Assembly: GCA_965240325.2 (NCBI GenBank)
Contig: OZ251230.1
Span: forward strand, 1,798,001 to 1,862,000
Reading direction: 5' to 3'
DNA: 64,000 nt
Origin: Rebecca billardiae RCC1528
Lineage: Eukaryota > Protista > Haptophyta
Part shown: piece by piece, positions 1-12,323 of the stretch
How the letters are laid out: every line of letters begins with the position of its first letter
Numbering within the stretch: position 1 is the stretch's first letter
Position numbers and translations under genes: made by a program
The notes under the pieces: generated by a model
Seen by the model: the letters and a program-made list of their open reading frames with translations, nothing else
What the model was told of the DNA's origin: nothing
Database searches by the model: none

Positions 1-328
1 GCGGCGCGCGTGATCACAAGGCTGTCGGCGAGGAGACCGCAGTGCGAGCCAAAGGAGGGCGCGCAAGACATGCATCTCGGTCGTGAGGCGTGCATGAGCC
101 ACGAGCACGGGCACGACGTGCACGGCAAAGCCCGTCATGCTCCTCGACGCGCACGCGCCGCGGCGGACGACCGAGGAGGGCGCGCGCAGGCTGGCCTTCT
201 TGGCGGCGGCTGTCCGGGAGTGCCCGCGCACGCGCAACGCGTATTCAAAGAGCTCCCGGAAGGCATCGACTCCTAAGGGACGGTGCCTTTCGCCGCGCGA
301 GGGGTTTTGGGGGGCTTGGTTTGCAAGC

Positions 329-2170
329 TACCGGGCGCCCTCGCAGCTCCCACTGGGGACGCTCGGCCGAAAACCATGTGGCGCCTGGCGCGGAGCGCGT
401 GGGCGGCGCGCGCCAAATCCAACGCTGGCGCGGACATCGCGAGAAGACTCCCGAGGGGGTTTTCGCCCGATTCGCGATTGCTGCCCTCGTCGTCTCGCGT
501 GCAGGTCGAACGGGGGCCAAAGTCGACGCGTTTGGAGGCACGCTCGGCGCGTCGACACGATCGTGCGACCTGGGGCGGTCCTCGCCCGACTTGCACGTTG
601 AGCGCTCGCACGAGCCATAGCATCAAGCGCTGCGCACGACAACCACCTCGCGCGATCCACCGTCGCGCGTCGGCCTCGGTGCGGAAAGGCCCTCATCACG
701 AGGTGTCTCGCGGGCGGGAAGCGCCATCGCACGCGACGCAAGATTTGGCGCGGCCTTCTGAACACCATAACCGGAATCCACACACCGGACTGTCGCGTGC
801 CCCGGTTGGCACGGTCGGGCGCATGCAAATCCGTTTGCTACGGTCGGTGGCGTTCCAGAGCGGGCGATCATCTTTCACGCTCGCGAGCTCGCGGCCAAAA
901 ATCGCTCGGCGCTCGAGGGACCGCACGCACTTGCCGGGTCTGCAGCCGTGGAAGGAACCGCGTCTTGGCGAGTCGGCGACCCAGGCGACAACGCGCTATC
1001 GCCGATCCCAGACGGGCATCCGCCACGAGATGATACGCCGAGCGTGCAAGATCGCCGCGCCATCCTCGCCCATGGCACGGGCGCTGCGGGAGGAGGCCGA
1101 CGTCGTGAAGCCGGTGGCGCATGCGCTGCGCTTCCTGTGCCTGATCGAGCAGCGCGTGCCCACCCTCGATCGCGAGTGGCACACGCTCTCGCACTGCGCG
1201 CGCGTACACCGCCAACAGCTCCTGATACCGCCGAACGTGCGAGTGCCGCCCAGCTGGAGCACCTCAGCGCCGCACGGGCCTCTGCGCGCGCTGCGCACCA
1301 CACCGCGCGCGCGAGAGACACGTCGACCTGAGCATCGCCACCGCTCCTTGCGTTGAGGGCGATCACGCCATCGCCGTCACCGCCGAAGTGGCGCGACGCG
1401 GGTGCAGTCGCCGGTAGATACTATGACTAGACAGTGATCAATAAACGGTAATACGGTACGTACGATTTTAATATAAAGACCGGGCCCATTACACTGATTT
1501 CAAATAATAATAACCGTTAGAAATCAACATAGAGAGACAGAGAGACAGAGAGACAGAAATCGGTAGGATGCACTGACTTCCAGACGACCTGAACAAATGA
1601 ATCAGGACATCACACTCCGCCACAACTTGAACTGTTTTCGTGTTTAGCTCCAAGGACAAACCGTCACCGTCAGGCGCACACGGGCACGCCGCCGTCGCAC
1701 GCCAATCAGTTGGCAGTGCGTGCGCGCAGTCGAAGGCTCGGCACGATGACGAGTAGCACAGTGGGTCCACCCGTCCCAGAAAGCCTCTGAGCCCGTCTTC
1801 GGCTCAGCGGGCTCAAAAACTTCGCAGCGAGGTTTTTGAGCTCAGTGACTATGAAATGGACTGGCAACGAATAGCTGCGGGTATTTTTCAATACCAGGGG
1901 CCTTGATGTAGGGGGCTGGGACGGGTGGCAGGAATACACGCGCAATCACACTGTCGCTGAGCTCGCATTCCAGAGTCATCTGTCGCGTTATTATTCGTCA
2001 GTGAGTCGGGTAGCTCACAATCATCTCGGTATGATGTCGCATTGTTATTCGTAGTCATCCTGCCCGTCAAACCGCTATAAATCAAAGGCGCGAACCCGCT
2101 GGGGAACTATTGCGACAGCACTGGCACGGCCCGCCGACCCCCCCGCCCGCCAGGGCTGAGTTTCATTATT
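329..2170 (+). mobile_element. Repeat family C, copy 1 (interrupted, unclassified)
   Basis: 329-~1250 and ~2054-2165 are highly similar to 21100-~22030 and ~22209-22315; the middle is replaced by unrelated sequence including (AGAGAC)n. Confidence 0.6.
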
Positions 2171-2625
2171 ATAGATAAATTGAAACTCACAAGTCGGGCG
2201 AGTTGGTTCACCGTTTCCGGTGATCCACGCGAAATCCGGATGAAAGATGCGGCCTTGCGGGGTATAAATTAGCAGGAAATTATGGCCCGCGGTGCAGGGC
2301 GGAGCGCGCAGCGTGGAGCCCGCACCAGCGGGCCCGAACCACGTTTCAAAAAGATCTTTTATCAAGAAATAGGGACGCGGGGGCCGATTTTTAGGGCTGG
2401 CGGAGACCGAGTTTTGATTTTTGAGACCCTCTCTACACACGCATCACGGAGAAAAAAACCGCGCCCACGAGATTCCCCTAATCAATCGTGGACGGCCGGG
2501 CGTGAGAGTTCACTTCTGTGTGAAGTAGTCTGACGGTTACACGTCCAATACAAGCGTCAGCTTCTTTGAGGCTATTTTTGCACGTCCTTACGGGATCAGC
2601 GAAGTAACCAACCGATATATATTGG

Positions 2626-2800
2626 CTTCGTCGGGGTCGTATTCACTACTGGAGAACATTTGCACCGCGCTTCGTATTCATATGTATGGTTCACGCAGGC
2701 ATAAAATCGCTTCGTCGGGGTCGTATCCACTATACTGGAGAACATCATTTGCACCGCTTCGTTTTCATACATTATAATGTATATATGGTTCATGGACTGC
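2626..2800. repeat. Degenerate ~85-bp tandem repeat inside A1
   Basis: GCTTCGTCGGGGTCGTAT..CACTA..CTGGAGAACAT..TTGCACCGC recurs at ~2626 and ~2709. Confidence 0.7.
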
Positions 2801-2978
2801 TACGGGGTCGAGCAGAATATCATCGATATTCATCAGGCGCACGTGTGCGTATTCATCATCAGCCTTCGGGAATTGGGAGTAGCTATTGGCCTTTTGTCCT
2901 CTGGCGAGCCAGTTGTGCGCACTTGAGCAGGCCTTGAGCAGGCTCGAGGCCACTTTTTTGCGCTCACGTGGACATCGG

Positions 2979-3790
2979 ATGCCAAGCACGTCAGCTGGCG
3001 ACGCCGACGAGGACCGCGCTCGCCGCGTATTGAACGTGCTGCTCGAATCCGGGGCAGTGAAGAAGGTGGCTAAGAGCACGCTCCAGAGCATCGCTGCTGC
3101 CATCTCAGTCGTGAGGCACAAGCAGGACGTGCCCTCTGCGGCGGTGAAGTACAACGTGCCCAAATGGTCGATCTACAACTTCGTTCGCAAGGTCCGCACC
3201 GTGCTGGAGGACGAGGGCGCAATCGGCAGGGGGAGCGCCACACAAACTGATCACCGACTTCACCACGCGCCCCGCAGGCCAGCTCCCTCCCTCCTCCTCA
3301 CCCGGCCCAACAGCTGGCAGCCGCTTTGCGGCACTCGCCGCGCTCGACGGGGAAATGCCCGCTGCAGAGAAAGCACAGCCGCAGCGGGGGCGCCCGGCCG
3401 GCTCGCTCAGCCTGCTGGGCACGCTCAACCTAGGCGTCACGTGCTACCTCGGCTCGCTGCTGGCGGCGCTGCTCGCGTGCCCTTCCATCGTCTCGCTCGC
3501 CACATCTGCCGCGGCTGAGCAGTCCACCAACCCCATCGTGTCCCGAGCATGCGCTCGCTGGCGCTCGCGCATGTCAACTGCGAGTGGCCCAGCGAGGTGG
3601 GGCCGACGCGTAGCTTGCTCGAGCCGCTCCACGACGCGATCGCGGAGGTCTGTCGGTGGACAACGGCGTTTGGGCAGCAGCAGCAGGACGCGTGCGAGGT
3701 GCTGTACAAAATCATGGAGGCCCTGGCTGGCTGCGACGAGGCGTGCTCATACCTTGGCTTGCTCGAGTGCCTCGGTCAGCTGGCGAGCGA
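2979..3790 (+). pseudogene. Frameshifted ORF remnant: psq-like HTH followed by USP (peptidase C19) Cys box and QQD box
   Basis: SAAVKYNVPKWSIYNFVRK (HTH-like); GTLNLGVTCYLGSLLAAL at ~3420-3470 (cf. GLxNxGNTCYxNS); FGQQQQDACEVLYKIMEAL at ~3670-3725; the motifs lie in different frames. Confidence 0.65.
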
Positions 3791-4315
3791 GCAGCCCTCG
3801 CAGCAGCAGCGCGTGCCGACGCCGACGATCTCGCAGCAGCAGCGCGTGCCGACGATCTCAGTCGGCCATGACTTCGACTGTACACAATCGGCGCCTCGCC
3901 GGCGGCTGCGATGGGCCCGCCCGGCCGCGCGGCGGGCGGCGGCGCGCCGCTGGAGTCTACTCGCTGCCGGCTGCCGGGCTCGCGGCCGGGCGGGCCCACT
4001 CTCGATCGCGACGGAGGGTGCGACGGAGGGTGCACCGCCACCGCGGGCCCCGAACTACTGCGCGCTCCCGAGCGCGTGCCTCCGAGCGCGGGGCGGCCGC
4101 TTGCTGCAATGGCCGCCTCGATGAGGTGCGGCAACGCGCCCCTCACCTGCCTGCGCCGGTCTGTTTTGTGGCGGTGTCTTTGTGCAGTGTTGGATGGCGT
4201 CAATCACGCCTTAACCAAGTGTGCACGTTAAAACATAGTAAACTGTACGTTCGTTCTACGGAAAAGGACCGCGGAACGCGGTCATTATGGGGGTAGTGAA
4301 CAACGTTCGTCAACG

Positions 4316-5833
4316 ATGACGACCGCCCGGGCCGGCATGACAACCACGGGCGCGGGCACGACCGCGGCGCTGTGCTTGCTGACGATGATCGGTCCGCTCT
4401 CGCTCAACCTGTACACGCCCGCACTACCCATCATGACGCAGGCGATCGCGGGCGGCTTTGTCAGCTCGATGCAGCTCACCCTTGCAGCGTACTCGCTCAC
4501 GTTCGGCCTCATGCACGTGCCCGCTGGCGCAATCTCTGACGTGCAGGGCCGCTGGCCCGTGCTGCGACTCGGCGCGGGCGTGTACCTGCTTGCATCATGC
4601 GTGTGCCCGCTGGTCACATCGGCGCTGCAGCTGACGACGCTGCGCATCCTCCAGGGCGCCGGCGCTGCTGGCGTGTCGATCACTGCCCAGGCATCTGTGG
4701 CAGACCTCTTCGAGACGCAGATTGCACGCCAGCGCGCCATCGGCTACCTAATCATCGCGAGGCAGTCCGCGTACTTCACTGCCCCTGCGCTAGGCGCGCT
4801 CGCGCTCAAGCTACTCGGTTGGCGATGGGTTCTCGCGCTCTACCCGATGCTGGGCGCGCTCGTGGCGATTGTGAGCGCTTTGCACCTCGCGCCGCTCCTG
4901 GCAGCGCGCGACGCACGCACGCGCGCCAGCGCAAAGCCGTATCCGTCGAGCTCAGGCAGCGGTGACGTCGGCAGCGACCAACACATCGCGCACCCAGGCG
5001 GCACGATGGCACTTGTCGGCGCTGTGCCACCGCGTGCCGCCGCTGCTGCGCGCCTGCGCGCCGGCTGCTGCAGCGTGCTGTCGCCATACCGCTCGTTCTT
5101 GTTCGACGCTCGCTACCACGGCTATGCCTGGGCGGACGCCCTCACAGTGGGGGCCGAAGTGGCGTTCGTCAGCGCGGGCAGCTACGTACTGCAGAGCTTC
5201 TACCAGCTTCCTGCTGCCGTGTTTGCGGCCGCAATGGCGTTGCTACCCACCGCAGTCATCGCGGGCGTGCACCTGGCACCGCGGCTGACAGGGATGCAGC
5301 TGAGCAGCGCATACTGGGCGGTGCCGGCGGGCCTGCTTGTCGGAACCATCGCGCTCGCAGCCGAGCTCGTGGCCGCTAGCGCCATGGACAAGCCTCCGTG
5401 GCCCCTCTTCTGTGCGGCTGGCATGCTGATGGCGCTCGGGCGTGGTGTGCTGACGCCGTTGGTCCAAGGCTTCCTGACGGAGCACTGCATTGGGGCCGTT
5501 GGGAGTGCCATGGCCATGCTCAACTGCTGGCGGTTCTGCGCCGGCACGGCGAGCACATACATCGTCGGCGTGGTGTACGACAATGGGCCGTGGCCGACGG
5601 GAGCCCCTGCGCCCGCGGCGGCAGTCGTCCTGTCGCTGCATGTGCTCGCACTTGTGCTCTTCGAGACGCTTGCGCGGAGAGCCGAGCGCAGCGGCGAGAG
5701 AATGGCGATCGCCCCGGACGTGGAGCCGTCCAAAAGTGAAGATGGCGCTGGGGCAGCTGCATCTGGAGTGACGGCAGCCACGCCGGCGTATGAGGACGCT
5801 GGTGCCGCTGCTGCTGATGCGGCTCGGCGCTGA
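4316..5833 (+). CDS. MFS transporter, Bcr/CflA (DHA1)-like
   Basis: About 12 hydrophobic segments; LNLYTPALP, GAISDVQGRWPVL (motif A-like), LRILQGAG. Confidence 0.88.
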   Translation: MTTARAGMTTTGAGTTAALCLLTMIGPLSLNLYTPALPIMTQAIAGGFVSSMQLTLAAYSLTFGLMHVPAGAISDVQGRWPVLRLGAGVYLLASCVCPLVTSALQLTTLRILQGAGAAGVSITAQASVADLFETQIARQRAIGYLIIARQSAYFTAPALGALALKLLGWRWVLALYPMLGALVAIVSALHLAPLLAARDARTRASAKPYPSSSGSGDVGSDQHIAHPGGTMALVGAVPPRAAAAARLRAGCCSVLSPYRSFLFDARYHGYAWADALTVGAEVAFVSAGSYVLQSFYQLPAAVFAAAMALLPTAVIAGVHLAPRLTGMQLSSAYWAVPAGLLVGTIALAAELVAASAMDKPPWPLFCAAGMLMALGRGVLTPLVQGFLTEHCIGAVGSAMAMLNCWRFCAGTASTYIVGVVYDNGPWPTGAPAPAAAVVLSLHVLALVLFETLARRAERSGERMAIAPDVEPSKSEDGAGAAASGVTAATPAYEDAGAAAADAARR

Positions 5834-6031
5834 GTCAAGTGGAATAACATTTTATATAATTATAATCTGCTGATTAAAATCAGAAGCCCGCGTGCTGTGT
5901 CTCCTGTGTCTCGGACCGTTGAGAGTTTGAGACATCACGGGTGATCAACATCACCGGGCCGTCACGGAACCGGAGAGTCGGACCAAGCCGGACCCGGTCC
6001 ATCCAAGGCCAAGGGCTATGATGCATTCGGA

Positions 6032-7520
6032 TGGCGCACGGCCCCCCCGAAAGGTCTGACTGAGCGTGAGCGAAAGCCGGGGGCGGGGGGGGCGGCGCAC
6101 GTGCTCCGCAAAATCAAAAAAGAGGATGCGCGCAGGATTTGGGGGATTTTTGTAGGTCGTGGATTTAGGTGTGAAACCGCAGCATAGAGACCCCATATCG
6201 CTGCTCATGATTGCGTTTGTACTGCCCCTTAATCTTTGGATAGTAAGTAATAGAAGAAATCGGAATCAAATAGGACGAAGTCATCTCTGATACCTTTCTG
6301 ATAGTCAAGATTCGTGTGTTGAACTGACCATAAAAAAGGTGAGATGTCGAACTAATTCTCTGGATAGCGGTTCACTCCTCAGATTCATCAAAGCGACGCG
6401 ATATGGTATTGCGCGGGCAGCTTGAATCGACGTTCCCGCGCGCCCTGGTATCATACGGTTATCAAGCTACTCTTGCTGATATACTTTTGGTCATCTACTG
6501 ATACGACGTCAATGCGGGTGGCAATCCATTCTTGTGATTGCAAGAAGCCAGCAAGAATGGATTGCCACCCGCATTGACTGGCCTGAAGATCTCATGAGCA
6601 TAAGAATTTCTACCGCTTCACGCACGACCCTTGATTCTCTCCCATTTAATACCGGCGCGTCCGGGAGAGCTTGACGAATATGAACGATAAACTTGAGCGG
6701 ACAAATCTTCATAATATCTAGCTCCCTTCATGATTAATACTATACCATGGTACGGCCTTTGGCTTTGCGGCTCGCGCATTGACGGGCGCGGGGCATCAGG
6801 CTCCGAACGAGGCGCAGAAAGCCGCCACTGCCCATGTAGGCCGCCGCCGCACGATCGTTCAATCCGACAGACTCAGCGCAGGTGCGCGCGGCTGCAGTGG
6901 GTCCCAACGGCCGTCGGCATCGCATTGCCATTCGTGCGGTCGTGCCTCTTTCCCCCCTCGCGCCCCGCCCCGGTGCCGACCCGCGTCCACGCGCGTCGGC
7001 GCGCCCGTCGCGCAGTTTATTAACCCGACTGCTCAGCCGCATCACCCAGCGCAGCTTCGCCCGCGACGACGGCTTCGCCTGGCTACCACTGCTCATCAGC
7101 CGCGTGCCCGGCTTCGGCTCGGCGGGCGTCCGGTTCGGCGAGCACGGCTGCAGCGCAGCACGCGAGACCTCGGCTGGATGGAGCGGCCGGCTGTGACGCG
7201 GATGGCGGAGGCGGGCTTTGGGCTCGGGCTGCCCATGAGCCACCACGGGCTGTACCGTCTGCGCAGATCGCGCTCGGCCCGGCCGCAGCCCTCCTGAGCG
7301 CGCGCCTCAGAGCTGAGACTGATCACGGGCAGGCGCACGAGCGACACTGCCGTGCGGCTGTGTCGAGCCGCCGCGTGTGCTCGCAGGCGCGGCGCTCGCA
7401 TGGGCTCAACGCGGGCGCAGCGGGTGCGCGCAGCTGGCGCACGCAGCCACGCGCGGAACTAGCTAGGGCCGTGCGCCCTCAACTTCGTTGTTTACTACCC
7501 GAAGATCGGCGTAGCCGATC

Positions 7521-7521
<1 letters not shown>
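6032..7521 (+). mobile_element. Family B Helitron2-like element B1
   Basis: A^TGGCGCACGGCCC start; inverted copy GGGCCGTGCGCC at 7466-7477; terminal hairpin GATCGGC-GTA-GCCGATC then A^T; both ends recur at 47492 and 51259. Confidence 0.85.

Positions 7522-7522
<1 letters not shown>

Positions 7523-7616
<94 letters not shown>
7523..7616. repeat. (AG)n microsatellite
   Basis: Pure AG run directly after the B1 3' end. Confidence 0.97.
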
Positions 7617-7618
<2 letters not shown>

Positions 7619-8019
7619 CCGCGTGGCCGGCCTTGCTAGTACTTAGTCACTAGCTTAGTAGAGGAAGTTCTAGTCTGTAGCTTGCCCGACTGAGAAGAAT
7701 CCGGGAGCCGCCGATTCAGTCTTTCACTCATTTCAGACGGCGGTGCCGTGAGTGTAAGACGGTAAACGCCGAGGCAGGCACTGGCAGTGCCAGTCCGGGA
7801 CGACGAGTCCGCCTACCGACTACTACCGTAGTATTCTCGAAATCTGAGTCGGCACCGCTGCATCGTCAGGTCCCGAGGAGCTTGGCTGGGCGCCCGGCTG
7901 ACACTGATAACTTCAAGAGTTAGTTAGTTAGATTAATAGATTGCGCTGCCTATTACCCCATGCCGCTTCATGTCGGAGCATGACTGCATGTCCGCTCAGA
8001 CGTATAAGCTAGCAGCCGT

Positions 8020-8092
<73 letters not shown>

Positions 8093-8160
8093 CGGAGAGA
8101 GAGAGAGACAGAGAGAGAGCCAGATGTATGTATGTATGTACTATATATATATACAGAGAG
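8020..8160. repeat. Imperfect (AG)n plus (TATG)n/(TA)n microsatellite
   Basis: Seen directly. Confidence 0.9.
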
Positions 8161-8322
8161 GGGCAGGGCTGCGGCCCGAGTGCGGGTGGCGCATTGCCTG
8201 ACCTGGACCTTGGAAGGCGCGGACGCATTCTATGTGTCTGCTGCACTCTGAGCCTGACGCTTTCAGCCTGTTGCACTTGTACAGCAGAGTAATCCGCACT
8301 GAGAATACTGTCGTCGTCGTTA

Positions 8323-9922
8323 TGGCCCGCGGTGCAGGGCGGAGCGCGCAGCGTGGAGCCCGCACCAGCGGGCCCGAACCACGTTTCAAAAAGATCTTTG
8401 ATCAAAGAAAAAAGGGACGGGGGACGATTTTCAGGGCTGGAGGAGACCGAGTTTCGAATTTTGAGACTCCCTTACAGGTGCATCCTCGTCGAAAAAGGGC
8501 GCGCCCGGCTCTTTTGTATTCAGAGGAATCAACGAAACCCACGCCCAAGTGTGCCAGGGTGAGTAATTACGGGTGGACTCAGTCGTCCATGTGTGACCAT
8601 AGTAAATAAATATGGGCCTCGCCGCCGCAAGAACGACTCTCACCAACTCCAATACTGCGAGACATTGAAAAATACCCGCAGCTATTCGTCGCCAGCCCAT
8701 TTCATAGTCACTGATCGACGCACCGAGCTGGCGAGCCTCAAATTTGCCGTCGTCGCAAGGCGCAGCAGGTTTGAGCCCGTTTCGGAGGTGGCGAGGGCGC
8801 CGCGCGACTCTCGCCTCCAAGCAAGGGCGGGCGATGGGCAGGTGCGCGCGGCCAGTGGCGCCTGGAGCGCGCGTCTGCGGCGGGTCCCGACGGCCGTCGA
8901 CATCGTGTTCGTGCCCCGCTCACTAGTCACTCCGCGCGCCCCTGCCGCCCTGTCGATGCCTGCGCGGCCGGGGCCGCGCGTCAGCGCAGCCGCCGCCCTT
9001 TGTTCAGGCTCTCGCAAGCTCGGGGGCAGCGGCGCCTGACTGATGCCGGACTGATCGATCTCTGAGTCTCCGACTTCACCACACGCCCCCCTTGTCATGC
9101 CTCTCCGCCAGGGTCTCCCAGAACTCTTCTTCAGAGCAGGCGCGCCAACCCGAATCCATCGATCTGTTCCGTGCCGGCACTCTCGGCCCGCGCCGGCAAG
9201 TCTGTCTGCAGCGCTGGACGGGCGGACCTAGGAGGACGAGCTGCGGCGCGGACGACGGTGGTGCGCGACGTCCCCAGAGCTGGCCGTGCCTCTGCGACGC
9301 GTGCCGAGCCTGACCGAGGTGTGTCACCCCGTGACCCCGTGCAGTGCAACCGCGGCGTGCGGAGTGAATAACAATCACCGGTGCCCTCGCACCTCGGCAC
9401 ACACAGTGCTCCCTCTGGCTGTCTGCTCCGCGTGGCCTGGCGTGCACGTAGATAGAGTTGCGCTCATGCGTCGATCACGCCTCGCGCCCGCCTGTCGGCC
9501 GTCGCGCAGGCGCTGGTCGAACCCTACTCGGACCAGTGCAAATCATCTACTCCTGCGGCGCTGCCCGGCGGCGCGCGGTGACGACAGACAGCGCGGTCAG
9601 CAGCAGCGGCCCGAACGAATTCGCGGCCCCGCACCGTGTTCCCTGGCTGTCAGCTCCACGTGGCCTGGCGTGCACGTGGAGTCGCGCTCATGCGTCGATC
9701 ACGCCTCGTCGCATCCGCCTGTACACAATCCGGGCGCCGGCGCCGGCGGCTGCGATGGGCCCGCGCCCGGCGCCGGCACCGGGGCGCAGCGGCGCGCCGC
9801 TGGAGTCTAGTTGTACGGGCATGCAACTGGTCTGTCAATAGACGACTGCGACGGAGGGTGCACCGCCACCGCGGGCCCCGAACTACGTTCGTTCTACGGA
9901 AAAGGACCGCGGAACGCGGTCA
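8323..9922 (+). mobile_element. Family A element A2 (alpha body)
   Basis: Both family A termini present; sub-terminal IR at 9867-9877; body shared with A4 and A7. Confidence 0.9.
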
Positions 9923-11208
9923 TGGCCCGCGGTGCATGCAGGGCGGAGCGCGCAGCGTGGAGCCCGCACCAGCGGGCCCGAACCACGTTTCAAAAAGATC
10001 TTTGATCAAGAAAAAAGGGACGGGGGGCGGCGGAAAAAAGGGACGGGGGGCGATTTTTAGGGCTGGCGGGGACCGAGTTTCGAGTTTTTGAGATCGCATT
10101 GAGAGGTCTATCAGGCCAAAAAAAACCGCGCCCAGCTGATTCCCTTAAGTAAAGTGCGATCTGGACGTCAGCTGGACGTGACATTAGTGTAACGGTTCGT
10201 TACGAGCGAATCGTACTCGTCTTCCCGGATCGCGTGACGTCCGGACTGGGCCACATCCGGATCGTCGGAGGTGACGTGCCCCGGCACGATGGGCGATGGC
10301 GGATATGCGGGACGGCGCCTGCACGTGCCTCCGGACCCGCCTCCCGCTTGCTGCTCACGCAGTCAGCTGCGACCGTGGCGCATGATCGCAGAAGCAGTGC
10401 CGGCAGTACGGCCTGCATCAGCTAGTGCCGCGCCGTCGTGGCGCGCGCGGTACGGTTGCGCGTTTGCAGCGCTCGCCGCTCGGCGACGGCACGCGCGTGC
10501 GGCTCAGGTGTGTCAAATGCGGTCTCGTCGGCGCGCTTTCGCCTGCCACCTCGTGCACCCGTGCCGCCAGTTTCATCGTCTTCATGAGGACTGCTGCTGC
10601 TGTCGCCATCCGCTCTCCATCACCCCGAGTCGCCGGTCGCGCGGCGCGCGCGGTAGGCACTAGGCAGGGCGTACGGTCACTCACCCGTGCAACGGGTCAA
10701 GTGGCCAGAGTACGTCTGGTCGTTGGCTGGCACGGGCCGCAGCGCTAAAGCACCCTGCTGTCACACCCGACTCCTTCAGTACTCCGAGCTCCGCGGCACG
10801 ACTCACTCGGCACGATCGCGGACGGGTCGGATCCGAGCTGATCAGCCAGAGTTGGACACAGTTTGGCAGCTACTAGTAGTAATTCCGATGCCGATGGCAC
10901 GATCGCGGACGGGTCGGATCCGAGCTGATCAGCCAGTTGGACATTTGGCAGCTAGTTGCCAGACGGACGTCCGATTTGACGACCGGTGCCGGGTGCGGTC
11001 TCAGGTCCGCTGCTGTGATTGTGTGAAGTGTGAATGAGTCTCGCGGTCGCGCAGGCAGGGCGACGGTCGGACTAACTATAGCTTCAGTCATCTCAGAACC
11101 GACTTCAACTGGCGAACTGCCACTACGGCGGAGAGCCGCGATTGCACGGCCACCGCGGGCCCCCAACTGCGTTGACTCTATGCAGAAAAGGACCGCGGAA
11201 CGCGGTCA
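9923..11208 (+). mobile_element. Family A element A3 (beta body), abutting A2
   Basis: GGTCA^TGGCCCGCGG junction; sub-terminal IR at 11151-11161; body shared with A5 and A6. Confidence 0.9.
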
Positions 11209-11246
11209 TATTATATATATATATATATATAAATATATATATATAT
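11209..11246. repeat. (TA)n microsatellite
   Basis: Directly follows the A3 3' end. Confidence 0.9.
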
Positions 11247-11306
11247 TCAGTCACTAGTCAGTAACACCGAGTTTATTGACGGACGACGTCCCGGCCGCCG
11301 TGAGAC

Positions 11307-11429
11307 GGCCTGGCCGGCGGCCCGCCTGGCGCCGGCTGGCGGCGGCAGGCCTGGCCGGCGGCCCGCCTGGCGCCGGCTGGCGGCGGCAGGCCTGGCCGGC
11401 GGCCCGCCTGGCACCGGCTGGCGGCGGCA
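11307..11429. repeat. 41-bp GC-rich minisatellite x3
   Basis: GGCCTGGCCGGCGGCCCGCCTGGCGCCGGCTGGCGGCGGCA at 11307, 11348 and 11389. Confidence 0.92.
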
Positions 11430-11680
11430 GCCGGAGTCGCAGGCCACGGCCATCGCCCGTCCGCATCGATATCGGATGCGTGGTTATCGTCATTCGTGAT
11501 GATGCCGCCGTCCACCGCTGGGACGCTCGCGCCTCGCTGGCCACGCACGGGCCATGCCACATGCAGGCGATGAGCAGCAGCTTTGGCTGCGGGCTGACGC
11601 ACAATTAGTGCTCAGGCCGCGTGATGCCAAGCAGCGCACGCTCGTCCACAGGCCGGTGAGGGCGTGGCAAAGATCCTCAT

Positions 11681-12323
11681 TCACTGGTGCTTGCCCGGCA
11701 TTTTTGGCGTGCGCTGCGCGCGCGTGGCCTTGAGCAGGTGCTTGAGAGATGGATAGCCGAAGAGGAGCCTGCATGTGCGGCGCAGGCCGCGGTGCCGGGA
11801 AGGAAGCGGTCAGGGCGCCAGCAGGTCGGGGAGCGAGGACGTGCGCAAGGGGTGTGCACGGCTTCACGCGTGCGCGTATGCCCCCGCGCATGCGCGTGGC
11901 TGCAGCCGGGTCGCGGCACGTACGTCGACACAAACCATGGCACGCCAGTGTCCGCACGCAGCTTGCCCTTGCCTGCGAGCAGCGAGAGCGCGTAGCATGC
12001 TTCCGCCAAGTGCGCAAGCCACGCCAGGTAGAAGATGACGGCGAGGGCAGTCGTGCTATTGCCGAGCAGGGCCATGCATCCGTTGTGCAGCCATGGCGCA
12101 ATCTTCGTGAGCGAGCCCGGATCCGTGTACAGCCTGCAGAAGGGTGGTGGCAGCCGCGCGGAAGTCAGCTCACGCAGTCGCGCTCGCGGCGAACATGCAC
12201 TCGGTCGGTCGGTTGGTGGACTCACCAAGTGACCAACGCCATCCCAGCAGCTGCTGCCGTGGCGCCGACGGCATCTGGCGGATGGAACGAGCCGTCGAAC
12301 TCTGGGATGCGCGAGAAGGACAT
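11681..12323 (-). CDS. TMEM254/DUF4499-like small membrane protein (3 exons)
   Basis: Splicing at GT-AG introns (12134-12225 and ~11769-11922) gives ...AWLAHLAEACYALSL...WFVSTLLFGYPSLKHLL..., matching the family pattern. Confidence 0.7.

Larger units (their letters stand above)
2283..4284 (+). mobile_element. Family A Helitron2-like element A1 (HTH/USP cargo)
   Basis: A^TGGCCCGCGGTG start; inverted copy CACCGCGGGCC at 4039-4049; terminal hairpin GACCGCG-GAA-CGCGGTC then A^T. Confidence 0.85.

Noticed and set aside
8232-11257. Many short ORFs within A2/A3 and other A copies
   Set aside because: Frames are not preserved between near-identical copies (frequent indels), so the sequence is non-coding.
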